From NCBI RefSeq assembly GCF_032062105.1, contig NW_026926945.1:186001-250000 (forward strand): 64,000 nucleotides of DNA, written 5' to 3'. Of this stretch, positions 14,245 to 27,569 are shown piece by piece. Each line of letters starts with the position of its first letter. The first letter of the stretch is position 1. Under the pieces are notes generated by a model. It saw only the letters and a program-made list of their open reading frames with translations. It was not told where the DNA came from and did not search any database. Made by a program: the position numbers and the translations under genes. This DNA is from Saccostrea cucullata (Eukaryota).

Positions 14245-14399
14245 TAAGGAATGAAGTTTATTTCAACTTATATTATACGATATAATGTAACATGGGGCAG
14301 TTTACGCTTTTTTGTAAACCGCTTTGTGGTTTATAAAGTAAACTGCCCCAAATTATGTTATATCGTATAAAAAAAGTTGAAATAAACTTCATTCCTTGA
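14245..14399. mobile_element. Palindromic (foldback) non-autonomous element, possibly Crypton-related
   Basis: AAGGAATGAAGTTTATTTCAACTT...GGGGCAGTTTAC pairs with GTAAACTGCCCC...AAGTTGAAATAAACTTCATTCCTT; a near-perfect hairpin with no TSD. The Crypton assignment is inference. Confidence 0.7.
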
Positions 14400-15299
14400 A
14401 TATTTTTTTTACTTTATAAGTACATTGAAGGGAATTGCTAAATGAGAGTTTTTGCCCTAAACAATTTTATTTTAAAGATGAATAATTGATCAAACAAAAG
14501 AAAAATTACAAATTCAAAATTTTTCTTTTCGACAATATTTTTAAATTTTATTTAACCTCTTGAAAATATTATTATCAAATTCGATTCGTAGGAATGTATA
14601 ATTTATAGGAGTTTTCTGCAAAAACTTATACAAATGCCATAGTTGTTATCTTTTACATTATTAAAGCTTGAGATTTTATTTGCATAGACAGAAATAATGC
14701 AGTTTGTCTGAAAAAAAAAAATTAATTTGAAATGAAATGATTTACATTATAAATATTTTTTACTTTAGAATGTTCTCTAAGAGTGAAACCTTTTAGAATA
14801 GTTTGTGTTTTAAAATTCATTTGTCTTAATCTCACGAATGATATATTTTGAAAACAGATTTTGTTTTTAAATAAATATTTTTAGTTTTCAAAAGTAAAAT
14901 CAAGCATACATATACGTATGCATTTGTTTTCTTTTTTATTTTTTACATTTGCATGTATGTTAATGCAATTCCTTATATCACAATTTCCATTTAAGAAACG
15001 GGTACTATCAAAACTTCATTTGATTCTTATTCAACCATTTCTTTGATACTTTTCTCTGACTGAAAAAAAGACATGTCAGTATTGAGATTTGTACATACTG
15101 CAACCTTATAATCACACATGAGTACGGAATTAATTGCTATATTGTCCAAATAATTATTATCAAAGTCAGAATGTCAAAAATTATAGAGTATAATGGCATA
15201 GTTAGGAAATATCACGTATCATTAGAATGTATCATAATGTTTTAGTTTTTTTTAAAAGGCTGAAACGATAAAAAAATTCTATTCAAACAACACAAATCG

Positions 15300-15385
15300 G
15301 TCACCAGTGTGGCGCGGTTGTTAGAGCATCCGCCGTAGAGGTGTAAGGACTTGATCCTTAAGTCGCGGGTTGTAAACCCACCATT
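15300..15385 (+). mobile_element. tRNA-derived SINE head
   Basis: A-box TGGCGCGGTTG and a degenerate B-box. Homologous to the SINE heads at 18683-18765 and 59695-59785. Confidence 0.55.
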
Positions 15386-15929
15386 TGAAATGACAAAATG
15401 AAAGGATTTACGTGTATTTGCAAACAAGGTGCATGAATGTACTAAATCCATATAACATTGACTGATCTTTAAAACTGGTCGTTTTTGTAACCTGTGTTTT
15501 AAGTATGGAATATTTTAGAAGGTGCAGCTACCGGGGGGTGCTATGAAATTAGAAAGAAAGTTAACGATGGTAATGCATAAGTCATCTGGTACATAAGGTT
15601 TAATGAGTTCTTTTTGATGAAATAGGAAAAAAAGATTATTGTTCTGTGTCATTGTTTAACATTTGTATCATCATTTTGAGCGTTGATACCATTCCTCTAT
15701 TTAGAAACAGTCTGCAAATATAATATGCTCTTTGTATATTACTGGTTTTATCGATTCGATTTTTTAAAAAAATATTAAAAACTACATTGCTTAAGGATCC
15801 TTTGTGTATCGGGACGGAGTAGGGCGATAGATACATGAGATAGGGCATGCTTACTTCTTCATGGGAGCTCAACACGTCCTTCTGAGATACGTATTTTCCG
15901 TGCTCTTTGTGTTTACAACTGATATTGTT

Positions 15930-15931
<2 letters not shown>

Positions 15932-15971
<40 letters not shown>

Positions 15972-16969
15972 CGTTCGGTTTCTTTTTCCCTATTCTTTTT
16001 TTTTCTTACCGATTTTTGTGCACGCGAGTTCTCGGAAAGGGCTCGATTTTCGTTACTTCCGGTCGTGAGATATGGACGATTTACTGATTTTCAGAGGGTC
16101 AGCTTGTCCGTGCAATCACTAAAAAACGAATGAAGATATTGACTTGAGATTTTCAGTGAAGGTAGAGGAAGGATTGTTAAATTGCTTTTTTGAGTCAATA
16201 TCTTTCTAACACAAAAGGCCATGAAGCTTGCCTGAGCTGAAAAATAGGCTCGGACATCTCTCGCAAAATTTAACACGTTTTCTCTGATATCTTTATACCT
16301 GTCAATAATTTGTTAAAAGATATATAATAAAAGTTGTGCCGAATCATATTTTCGTTAAATTGATTTGAAGAAAAGGTGTGTTACCTCTCAAATGAAGGGC
16401 AAAGAGGGACCAAAAGACTTTTATTTATAACTCTTTATTCATCAATTTTTTGTTATAAATAACTGAAGCAAAAATGTTTATCATAACAATCTGCATCAAT
16501 GCATTGTAAAATTTGGATAATATGTTACGTAATTAGGGGCTCTAAGAAGCCAAAATGCTCAATCTTAGATTCTTTATATCTCTAAAAGGGGAAATATTTT
16601 GATAAGCGGTATCGAATAAAAGATGCTCAGAGTCGTCTTTTAAACATTATACAACCATTCTATATATGCTAAAATATCCCATTAAGGATAAAAGGGCTGG
16701 CCCCTAAATTTGTCTATGCTACATAGCTCGAAAAGAACTGTCTTGATAGTTGTTGAACAAAAAAATCATTAAATGAAAAAAAATATCATTGGATAGGAAG
16801 AAAGGGTATGACCCCTCAAATAAGGGGCCCTTAGGGGCCAAAAGACTTTCATCCATTACTACATTTTTTAAATAATTTCATAGAATGTAAAAGAATTTAT
16901 TCAAAGGAGAGAAGTCTTGATATCATTATGATCTAACAAAGATCATAGTCAAAATCATATCTTATCAAA

Positions 16970-17008
<39 letters not shown>

Positions 17009-17017
17009 TCATCTAGT
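15932..17017 (+). mobile_element. Non-autonomous Helentron (HINE-type) element
   Basis: 5' subterminal palindrome AAGGTCTTCCGTT..AACGGAAGACCTT. Matching 3' ACGGAAGACCT, stem-loop CTCGTTGC-TC-GCAACGAG and terminal CTAGT. Confidence 0.8.
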
Positions 17018-18264
17018 TATTATAGAATTGTTCAGTAAATGACGTTTTCATAAGTGTTCGTGATTATTCTTCAATCTGTCATTTGCTTATCTTATCTTAA
17101 ATGTTTTCCTGCCTGGATAAAATGGACTTAGTGAAAATGTTTGAGCACTGTGTACAAAGCTGCATGGTTTTTTGTTCAGGATTTGCCTCTTGAATCATTT
17201 ACCAGCAAGATGATTTTATTTGAATTTGACATATTTAATAGTTTTCCAGATAGTCCATCGCGCAGTATACCAAGGATCGTTGTGAGAGTGACTATGAATA
17301 AAACCAATATTGTAATACGCAATTTATTTCCTTTAGGTAACCTTGTTAAAGTTAAAATTGGTGTATCTGATGTTATTTTTACACTATCAAAAACAGATTC
17401 AAATACTTGATATATATAAACAAACGTTTTATTATTGCACGCTATAAAATAAAGTTTGACATAAATGGTATTTCAATAGGAGCTCAGTTCAGTGAATTTT
17501 GTTGGAAGGACCCCTTCTCTACCTGGAAATCATTCATTTTTTAACAAATTTCAAGGAGGTTATAGGCATATTTATATATCATGTTAAATATCTATGTCTA
17601 AAATCGACAACCGATCATAAATATTCACCATGAACTAAAAGCTGCATTGGTAATCTAAATGAATTATATAACCATGAGGATTTACGAGGTCTTAAATGAT
17701 ATAAATCAACTTTTCGACATTTTTATTAAAGAGATTAACAAACAAATCTTCGTAAACCTAGTTTAACAAAAGATTCATTGGCTAAATAAAAAAACCCATT
17801 TTAATAGGAAAGACTACATTGGTAGTCCAGATTTAAAATTAAAAATATTTCTCCCTCGGTTAAGATAGATAAAATTATCAATTCAAGATTTACATTGAGA
17901 AAATGTAAGTTATTCAGATTTTCCTTTAAAGTGTAGGACCACATCAAATTGTTAAATGTTTCCTGATTGTTATGCTTTTTATTTCAATACGACATTTTGT
18001 TTGCATGGCTCTCCCTTCCAGAATATTTCCTTGTTATTATACATGCATTCAGATTTTAAGCAATAAAAAATATAATTCGTAATGCTTTTCTTATAAAATA
18101 AACATTCATAACATCATAAAAAGAACAAGGAGATTAAGAGGTTAAATGATGATTTTTATTTGGAGGATAAAGTCGAAGGACAACGTGTTTCTGCAATGTC
18201 ATCAGCAAAAATCAAAACTAACGCTTACAGTAAACAGAAGCTCGTCCATTCATTATAAATGAAA

Positions 18265-19440
18265 TAGAAATAACAGTCGGAATACTCAAAAGTCAATTCA
18301 AACAATACAAAAAAATGAAGAGCAGAGTTAACATAGACTTCTGAAGGATGCATCAGGGTTGGGATCATGTTCCATGGAGGCTCCAATCTAACCCACGTTG
18401 TGCTCCTTGTCATATGTAAAACTGGCTTAACAGTCAATTTGAGAAAAAAACGTCATTATTTGTTTGTTTATTTGTTTTTATGTTTTTTAACGTCCCTCTT
18501 ATTGAGTTATTCACTAATATGGAGGCGTCATCACTTGCCGGTGGAAAGCTGTAAATTTTGTCCTATGCTTAGCACTCATGGCCTTTGAGCAGGAAGGGAT
18601 TATCGTGCAAGAAACTACTGTGACAAAGGACCTCGGTTTTTACAGTCTCGCCCGAAGGACCGGTCTCCACGTCCTACAGTGGGATTCAAAACCGCGATGC
18701 AAGGATCAACTCCTTACTTTGCTACTCTAGAACAGACGTTCTAAACACTGCGCCACTCGCGCCACGTCATAATGTGACTAGAGGATAGACTTTATTACTG
18801 AAAAGGTCATTGTATCGATTATATAACTTCGAAATGATGACTTTAAACAAGAGGTCTGTTATACTTTCTGATTGATTTGTTTGTCAAGAACATGCCTTCT
18901 TTAAAAACTGTTATAGCATGTTGTTGCGTTGTCAGCTGAGATATATAAACACATTACGCAGGTTATGAGGGAATATTGCTACTTATTTAAAAGAGCTGAC
19001 GATTGAAAAGTCTCATATTTATCGCAAAGCTTTGTTGTTAGCTTACCATCAATGTCTTTTTTGCTAGTTAGGTATCCTAAGTATGAAACAGATGTAGCAG
19101 ACTCTATGGAATCTTTAATTACTGGTATCGTTTCGACATAAGAATGGAGAAAGGTATTGTCGTCGATAGATCTAAATGACAAGTCAATGGCTATACCAGT
19201 TTTTTCTCTCTTCTTCCCCCAGAATAAATTCTGCTCCATATAAATATCTTAAAAAGGACTGCAAACAAAGGGACGCAATCAACATCCATGAGAAGCTAAA
19301 AATATTGTTAGAAGATCTCCTTACATAAAGACATTTTCACGAGCATCATTTTAATATAAACTTCAGAGTACTTGGGTGTATAATCAGAATGTGTTTTCAC
19401 AAAATTGCTTTTTAATAAATTCTAATATGAGTATACAAAT
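18265..19440 (-). mobile_element. Naiad-type PLE RT/3' fragment, interrupted by a SINE
   Basis: ORF 18979..19239 reads SIDD...IKDSIESATSVSYL...DIDGKLTTKLCDK. The 3' motif (rc) is at ~18320-18404. Confidence 0.75.
18458..18765 (-). mobile_element. tRNA-derived SINE
   Basis: Minus strand has A-box TGGCGCAGTG, B-box GGTTTTGAATCC, 3' GGGACGTTAAA and an (AAAC)n tail. ACGTCAT is repeated on both flanks (probable TSD). Confidence 0.75.
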
Positions 19441-19625
19441 CATACATAAGATATTAATTGATATATAATGCAAAGTAGAATTATTAAATGCTTAAAAAGT
19501 AGTAAAAACTAACAAAATTGAACACTCCATTCAAAACATAATAATAACTGAGCATTGGAGATAGATATTGAATATAATACATTAATTGTAAAACATGATT
19601 GCCTTGTGTTTTGATAATGTCAACG

Positions 19626-20907
19626 TTATATCCTACTTAGAACGAGGGCTAATGGCAATAACGTAATAAAAACGAGGCCAGATTGTAGAACCATCTGTGG
19701 CGAACTACTAGTAGGAGTCGTGCCGGAAGGAACAGTTGTGGGATCTGTAAAAAAAATATGAATGAACTTTAGTGTTTCCATGACAAGTCCTTTACATGTT
19801 CCAGAGCTGACGTACAACTCAAAATTAACAACACTATTTACATGTACATCTATAATCATCAAATGATTTAAAATAACTCTCTTATACTAACTGTTAATCA
19901 AATTCCTGTTTATATACTGAATGGTACTTTTCACATTTTACATAATATATAATAAAAAATTAAATAATTTATGGAAGGATTTTTACTCAAACATTCCATT
20001 TTAAACACAGGGGGTTGACAACGTTTACAGCAAATGTGCAAATTGGCAAAATGAAACACTGAAAGAATAACACACCCCAAGGCCAGGGTTAAATAAACTT
20101 ACAGCTAAATTTAATGCATACTGTATGAGTTATAAAATAACACTCTGTACAACTGTCAACAGTATTAAAACAGGTTACTATTCCCCTCAAGAAAACTTGG
20201 GGGAAAGATTGGTGAAATAATAAAAGTCATAACAAATAAATTTTAAATGAGTTTCGACTGCATTCCAGAAGCAAAGAGACCTGTCTCATCAAATATTGCA
20301 CATGTATTCGCCTAGGAATGTAGTTATTTGAATATCGATCCCACAACTGCACACATCTATTTTGAGACTGTCTCGTTAACCTATTTCCTTGACAAGAAGT
20401 TCGCAATAGCCTTTGCTTTTTCAACTCTATTGAATTCATGTAAAAATAATTAAGCTTTTTGTGCTGCACTTTCGAATTTTGACAGGGAACTTAAACCTCC
20501 TCTTGCTTTTACTAACCAAATGAAAAGAAGTGTTTGCTTAAAAAAAAGGATGGACGTATCTAAGTGTAGAATTTTCTTAGTCTTCGAAGATCCGTTAAAT
20601 TTTTTCTGATAAAAGATATATGAACAATATATATATATTGAAAAAGAAAAGCTAAAATTGACATCCTTTAATATATATACATTATCTGTATAGAACTATT
20701 TTCAGTGTGTCATTCAAAAACTATGTTTTGCATCATTAAAAAAACGAAACGAAAATTGAATTTGATTGATAATAAATAAATTCACATCATACCTGAAACA
20801 GAGGACATCGTAGTGGGTTGATCCTCACGATTAGTGGTATTACTAGTATTAGAACTCACACACACAACCAAAAATCCACAAAGGAGAAGGACGCCCAGTA
20901 CCTTCAT
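19626..20907 (-). CDS. Very small secreted or GPI-type glycopeptide, 2 exons, 77 aa (CD24/CD52-like architecture)
   Basis: Exon 1 20907-20793 (MKVLGVLLLCGFLVVCVSSNTSNTTNREDQPTTMSSVS, CAG|gtatga). Exon 2 19744-19626 (ttttacag|AT; DPTTVPSGTTPTSSSPQMVLQSGLVFITLLPLALVLSRI*). Phases match. Confidence 0.75.
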
Positions 20908-22924
20908 CTTCCTCCGCAATCGATACACAAGTTACTGGAATTGGTCAAACTCGATAATAGAGCTACTGGTCCCCGAACCACGTATAACAATAATCAAAAG
21001 AACAATTATCACTGGGCAATTTGTTTAAAGATCACTGTCATTCACAATAGACATGAGTTTTACGAAATAAAAAAGAAAGCTATATTGTGGATAACTGTCG
21101 AATTCTAAATTTTTCGGTGGCCTTTAGACCTCAGAAGCATAGGAATGAGAATGAGACGGATTTTGCTGCATATTCATGCAGATTACAAAAATGATGACAT
21201 CTTAATATAGCTTCTATTGATTGCTGCCCTAGGAACCGATGTTCCGTTGCTTGGGAAACAGATAAAGGGAAAAATTGGAGCTACTGCAGGCTGTGTCGCC
21301 TTGTTCTGGAACCTCCGAGTTCCCATGATAATTGTTCTGAATCATCAATTAAAGCTTATTAATGTAATGTTTATTCCAATATAGTGTTGCGATTATACCA
21401 ATCAGCAAAGAATCTACAAAGCCTGTTCTTCACTATTCGAAAAATATTAACTATTGTATACGTTCCGGCCATGGCATATCATAAAAAAGGTATAAATTAG
21501 ATGTGGATTCTAAAATTACTATATCAAACGTTGAGAAAATTCCAAGTCATTACTTTTTTTTTTTCAAAAAACAGTAACATAAGTTTTCTTTGAGAGCTAT
21601 TGGACATGATGAGCCCTACACAGTTACAGCTTAGATATGCTTGATAGTTCTAAAACAGCAAAATATTACCATGGTATATATATCATATAAACTTTCAAAT
21701 TATTTACATTTTTAAACAATTGAGGTTTGATATCATTTTGATATGAGTTACAGATCAAGTTTGCATTCTGTGCAAGATTTTTGACGGAATTATGATATTT
21801 TTCTTTTTTCAAGTTTTTATTCTGCATTTTTTGAAGATATTGGGGTGATTTTTTGTTTTTTGAGCTTGCATTTCGTTCTGCTTCATTGATTTTTAACAGA
21901 ACTATATCATTTTCAATTTCTAGCCAGGTTGTATTGCACGTAGAAAATTTCTCACGCAGTACTCTCAGAATGATTGCTTAAATTGCTTAAAGCAGCTGTG
22001 TTACAGCTTTCCGAAGGCAAGTTTTGAATTGAAACAGAAACAGTATTTTTTATATAAAAATTTATAATTGTTAACTACAAGATCTATTCGTTCCGAGAGT
22101 TAAATAAAGTATAATGTGATGTCATTGTGTTTATCACTTACCAGAAACTATCAATTTTCCAAAATGTTACACAAAAATCAAATTGGCACGAGAAAAAAAT
22201 GCTGTCAAACTTTTTTTACATTACTCAAAATTAATGTATCATCAGGTACAAACAAAGTGCTGGGGGCAAGTCCAAAATTTACTTGTGAACAAAACTTTCA
22301 TTATTCAACTTAATTACGCACAAGAAGGCGTTTTACATTTTTCTCTCAGTCTGGTACCGCCTCCAACTCCCCCTCACCCTCACCCCCCGAAAAAAAGAAA
22401 TTGCTAAGGTTAACTCAGCCGAATTTAATAATGGACGTACAACAGTTAACATTCTCTTTTTAAGCTTAAATATAAACTATAAATTATGCTTCATGTTTCT
22501 AAGTTTTAGTCACTTTTCAACTATATTTATAGCTACACTGTGGTTTTTTTTTCTAATAAAAAAGAAATAAAATGAGATAAGGATAATTTTTAACTAATTA
22601 TGCTGCGGTTTTGTGCTTATTCGAAGTTTAATGTTTCTTGATAATAGAAATGATAGAAATAGATACTTTTTAATAGCAATCAGGAAGAGAGAAAATCATC
22701 CCTGATGTGATTTACAAGGCCGCTCTCCAAAATTAAGGGATTTAAAAAAACTGAACAATTGTAGTAATCCCGTTTATTGTAAACCTTTGCAGTTACATAA
22801 CATTACATGGCGTGACATTGTATATTTCAATTAATGTCTTTTGCAGTACAGGTAAAATTTCCAAAAAGTATCTTTTTAAGCCCACTTGGACATTTCATGT
22901 CGCCACAAGAATTGATTCCAAGTA

Positions 22925-23303
22925 CATTGGCTTCGGAAGCTATTTGAAAGTGGGGGGGCTAAGTGTAAAAAAAAAATTTTGTACCTTCAAAAAAACCTGA
23001 GAAGCAAAAAAAAAAAAAAAAAAAGGAAATGGAAATGTCTACTTCCCAAACCTGAAAATCTTATTTTTTTTTGGGGGGGGGGGGGGGGTTTCGAACTCCA
23101 GTACCAAAAATTTTCTTCCAAACATCACCACTTTCCCCATTTTTAACCCATACTAAGACATATCTGTGGAAAGTGGGGGGGGGGGGCTAAACCTACGAAG
23201 ACATGTTCAATGTCTATACTAAGTGTCTATTTGGAAAAATAGTGGGGGGGGGGGTGCTGAGCCCCCCTAGCCCCCCCCCCCCCCCCCGGTTCCGACGCCT
23301 ATG
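22925..23303. mobile_element. Poly-G/C MITE with 5-bp TSD
   Basis: AAGTA|CATTGGCTTCGGAA ... TTCCGACGCCTATG|AAGTA. Confidence 0.75.
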
Positions 23304-23759
23304 AAGTAACTATTGTAAATATTGTTCTAAATATTCTGCCTGGTGGCGAAGCTACGAGAAGGTGCCCAGTTTCTGTTTCATTCTGATTATTTTACAACTT
23401 TTAACACTTCTCAAATGCTGTTATGCATTTTTTTTATCACTATTATAACCGTACAATTTTATTTAGATTAAGTATCCAATTTTTTAAACAACTTTTCAAA
23501 TATAATCTCTTAAAGTTTCTCCTTCATTTATTAGTGAGGAGTAAAGAAAAAGGCTTTCTTGAAAATTTCCTTGAACTTGCTTTGCATTTTGATTTTGATA
23601 AAGTTCTAGTACATCCAGTACATTTTTGGAAGATCAAATTCAATTGGGTTGATGAAAATATTTAAAAAAATTAAGACTAGGAATTCATTTTAAGAATTTC
23701 AAATACAAGTTGTAAATCTGGTGCTAGGTCTTTCAGAATTTATCGGAACAATTAATTTC

Positions 23760-24535
23760 TTTTTAGGTATTTATTTATATGCCGAAGAATCATCTTATAC
23801 GTGAAAAGGGAAAAAAAATTGTTTTGGCCTTAAACGCAACATTTAGATAAATCGAAGACGTATTGACAATTAACAATAGTAATTTCCATTCTTATGTCGA
23901 TACGTAATATCCTGGTGAGCTTGATATAAAAGATACCACAGAGTCTGACACATCTTTTGCATATTTGGACATTTTACCTGAAAAAGACGTTAATGGTAAT
24001 TTAACAACCAAGCTCTATGATGAACGTGATGACTTTAACTTTTCAATCGTTAACTTGCCTTACTTATGCAGCAATATACATTCATCACCTGCACTCTGAG
24101 TTAATATCTCAGTTAATCCGATATGCAAGATCATGCTCTAAGTATACATATGTACAATTTTTTTATAAAAAGGTAAATTATTGACAAACTAGTTGATGGA
24201 ACAACAATATTAACAGCCTCGTTTAATGTCATTACTTTGTATATCTACGGTTGATAAAATGACTTTGTCATCAAATACATCATATTATTAGTAAAACGCT
24301 GACTGACGTTTTTCATAATATTTGTTAGGCAATTATAATTATCTAAACACTGAATTGTCGACGGATTTTCCGTTATTTCTCGATCATGACAAGAGCACAC
24401 GCTAAGTGTGATCAGCCAGACGGGGATTTCTACTCCTCCATAGCACCTGATCGGATCTCTGTGTTTGCTCTGTTGTTATATCATATTGTTCTTATAGACT
24501 TCTGAGCTTAATTACTGTTCGTTATCTCCATATTT
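23760..24535 (+). mobile_element. Naiad-type PLE RT/3' fragment
   Basis: IEDVLTINNSNFHSYVD, IKDTTESDT and NGNLTTKLYDERDDFNFSIVNLPYLCSN remnants; 3' motif at ~24393. Confidence 0.8.
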
Positions 24536-24820
24536 TTTACAAACATCAAGTTGTATAATCTCATCTAATAAACAAAATTGTAGAATGACTGATAGGATAT
24601 TATTTTATTTGTCTTGTGTATTTTCTATACAAAATATTTCTTGAATATGACTATAACGATGATGTTGATGGTGATTTTGTTGATGATGATTTTGAAAAAA
24701 AATCTGCAAAATCATTATTTACATATAAAGTTTGTAAATTACAGTAAGGTTATATTTTAGAACAATGATGCAGATTGTTTTGAGCTAGGAGTTCAAATTT
24801 AAATAAAAGTAGACTGAAAA

Positions 24821-27569
24821 CTAGATATTAAGCCAGTTAAATATTAATAATAAGAATGTCCAAGTGAATGTTGTCCACTGATTTCTAAAAATTGTTGGAC
24901 TTCTGTTTTTGGGCGTAGCTGCAAACAAAGTATATAATTCATTAAATGTCATATTATTTTCAGATGGTGAAACGAGATTAGTAATTAGTAATTGGTTGGA
25001 TTGGCATAATTAACAATGATATCAATGTGGTTAGACTGTATGAATTGACCTTTTACTTATGTGATAATCCTATTCATGAATAACGTCATATTTCTTGAAT
25101 AATCCCCATGATTTTTATCACTATATAAAAATGTTATGTAAATTACACAAAATTTATGCATAAATAGACAAAGCTATTCCTACTCACAATTAATTGTTTC
25201 TTTCAAATTTGAAATTAAATCAAAACTACTTTTGTTTTTCAAATAAATAAAAACAAATAATCAGACAACCTACGTTTTCTAGTTGTTGCTTCAGGACCGA
25301 CTTGAGGGGTGACTGCACTGCTGGTTACTAAATGTTGCAGCGTCGATGATCTTGTTGAACGTATTGAAGATGTTGTGATTGGAATTGTTGGAGATTTACG
25401 CATTAACTGCGTTGCTTGTAATGTTGTTCTATTAGTGTGTTTCGCTGTCATTTGATTACTTGTCGAAGGATTTGTAGATGGCAGTTTTGACAAACTCTCC
25501 ATTGTTGAAATGATTTCCGTTGTTGATGATGGACTTCTGATCATAGTTGATGATGATAGGATGAATGCTGTTGATGGGTTACTTGTTGATGGCTTGGTTA
25601 AAACTGATGATGTGTTTTTTGTAAATGATAATGTTGTGTCTGTAGTATCTGAGGGAAAGTGTGCTGTGTTAGATGGAGTAACTGATTTTTCAAAGTGCAT
25701 AGTTGAGTTTGTTAATGATGTGTTTACTGTTGTTGTTTCTGGCGTTGATAATTTATTTGTTGCTATCCTTATTTCTTGCGTTAATGATATGTTTTGTGTT
25801 GTTCTTTCTGGCGCTGGTAATATATTTGTTGTTTCCAGTGTTAATGATATGTTTTCTGTCGTTGTATCTGGCGTTGATAGTGTATTTGTTGTTTTTGTTA
25901 TTTCTTGTGTTAATGATATATTTTCTGTTGTTGTGTCTGGCGTTGATAATGTATTTGTTGTTTTTGTTATTTCTTGTGTTAATGATATGTTTTCTGTTGT
26001 TGTTTCTGGAGTTGATAGTGTATTAATTGTTTTTGTTGATTCTAGTGTTAATGACGTGTTTACTGTTGTTATTTCTTGAGTTGATAGTGTATTTGTTGTT
26101 TTTGTTGTTTCTTGTGTTAATGATATGTTTACTGCTGTTGTTTCTGGAGTTGATAGTGTATTTGTTGTTTTTGTTATTTCTTGTGTTAATGATATGTTTT
26201 GTGTCGTTGTTTCTTGCGTTGATAATGTATTTGTTGCTTTCCTTATTTTTTGCGTTAATGATATGTTTTGTGTTGTTATTTCTGGCGTTGATAATGTACT
26301 TGTTGTTTTTGTTGTTTCTTGTGTTGATAAAATTTTTTCTGTCGTTGTTTCTAGAGTTGATAATGTATTTGTTGTTTTTGTCGTTGCTTCTTTTGTTAAT
26401 GATATGTTTTGTGTTGTTCTGTCTGGCGTTGATAATGTACTTGTTGTTTTTGTTTTTTCTTGTGTTAATGATGTGTTTACTGTTGTTGTTTCTGGAGTTG
26501 ATAATATATTTGTTGTTTCTGTTGTTTCTTGTGTTAATGGTGTGTTTAGTGTTGTTGTTTCTGGAGTTGATAATGCATTTGTTGTTTTTGTTGTTTTTTG
26601 TGTTAATGATGTGTTGTCTGTTGTTGTTTCTGGCGTTGATGATGTATTTGTCATCGATGTTTCTTGCTTTGATGATATGATTGGTGTTGATATCATTATA
26701 TTATCTGCTTGTCCTTTCAAAGAAAAGCCTGGTTGTGAATTTGTTGATGATGAAAACAATGGTTTCGTTGCTGTTTTTATAATGTGAGAAGATGTATCAA
26801 ATATAATATAATCTTTTAAATGTAAAAAAGATTGTATTTTTTGTTGATATTCATTAAACTATGTACATTTTATGATTTAAATTGTCTGATTTATACTTTT
26901 CAAAAACAATATTTGTATTATTATTGAATTAAGCATTTTTATATATATACTGAAAAGCAAAAAAACAAACAAACAAACAAACAAACGGTAACCTCCTATT
27001 TCAATGGAAAATATCATATAAAGGATATAATTTTATATTTGAGAGCAACGACATCTTCAACTTTGTAAATAATGGTAATTTAACGGGTGAATAATGTTTT
27101 ATGCCATTGTCGAAATTAAACTTTATCTCCTAGGTTGGAGAAAATTCGACCTCATCATAATAAAAACAAACATTTTGAAATGGCAAAAAATACTTTATAT
27201 CTTGAGACTGAGGAACCTACTGCATTGAGAAATCAAGATGCAATTCACTGTATCTGAATGGTGGGGGAAGAGGAATTTTAACAGCAATGAGTTTTTTTTC
27301 TAAAAAGTACCGATAATCACTTAAACATTTATATCAAATCTGTGATCTTTCTAAATCGAGTGTTACCTTTCTGTATTATTTTCGAAAATCACGAGATGAA
27401 AAATCAATCATCTGTAAGTTACTGCTTCTTGCATTTTTGCTTTTCAGTATATCTTTCAAATGCCAATTATATCTTAATGATAATAATTTATTATTCATCA
27501 GATACCTTTAATATGGAATTCTTTGAAAATAAGAATAGTCATCAAAACTTGAATTAAATGTCTGGCCAT
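24821..27569 (-). CDS. Thr-rich tandem-repeat mucin-like glycoprotein with GPI-type tail, 3 coding exons, 552 aa
   Basis: Exon 27569-27506 (MARHLIQVLMTILIFKEFHIK, AAG|gtatct). Exon 26770-25274 (aaacag|CA, ORF 25239..26759). Exon 24918-24821 (tttgcag|CT; PTPKNRSPTIFRNQWTTFTWTFLLLIFNWLNI*). All introns are phase 1. A probable 5' UTR exon donor AAAG|gtaagg lies near 27707. Confidence 0.8.
25700..26650 (-). repeat. Coding 69-bp (23-aa) tandem repeat, ~14 units
   Basis: Consensus TLSTPETTTxNISLTQEITKTTN in the ORF translation. Confidence 0.9.

Noticed and set aside
15300-15385. tRNA gene
   Set aside because: No complete cloverleaf or acceptor stem; homologous to the SINE heads.
25510-26787. Plus-strand Val-rich and Leu-rich ORFs (also 12961..13392 on minus)
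   Set aside because: Antisense shadows of the Thr-rich mucin exons.
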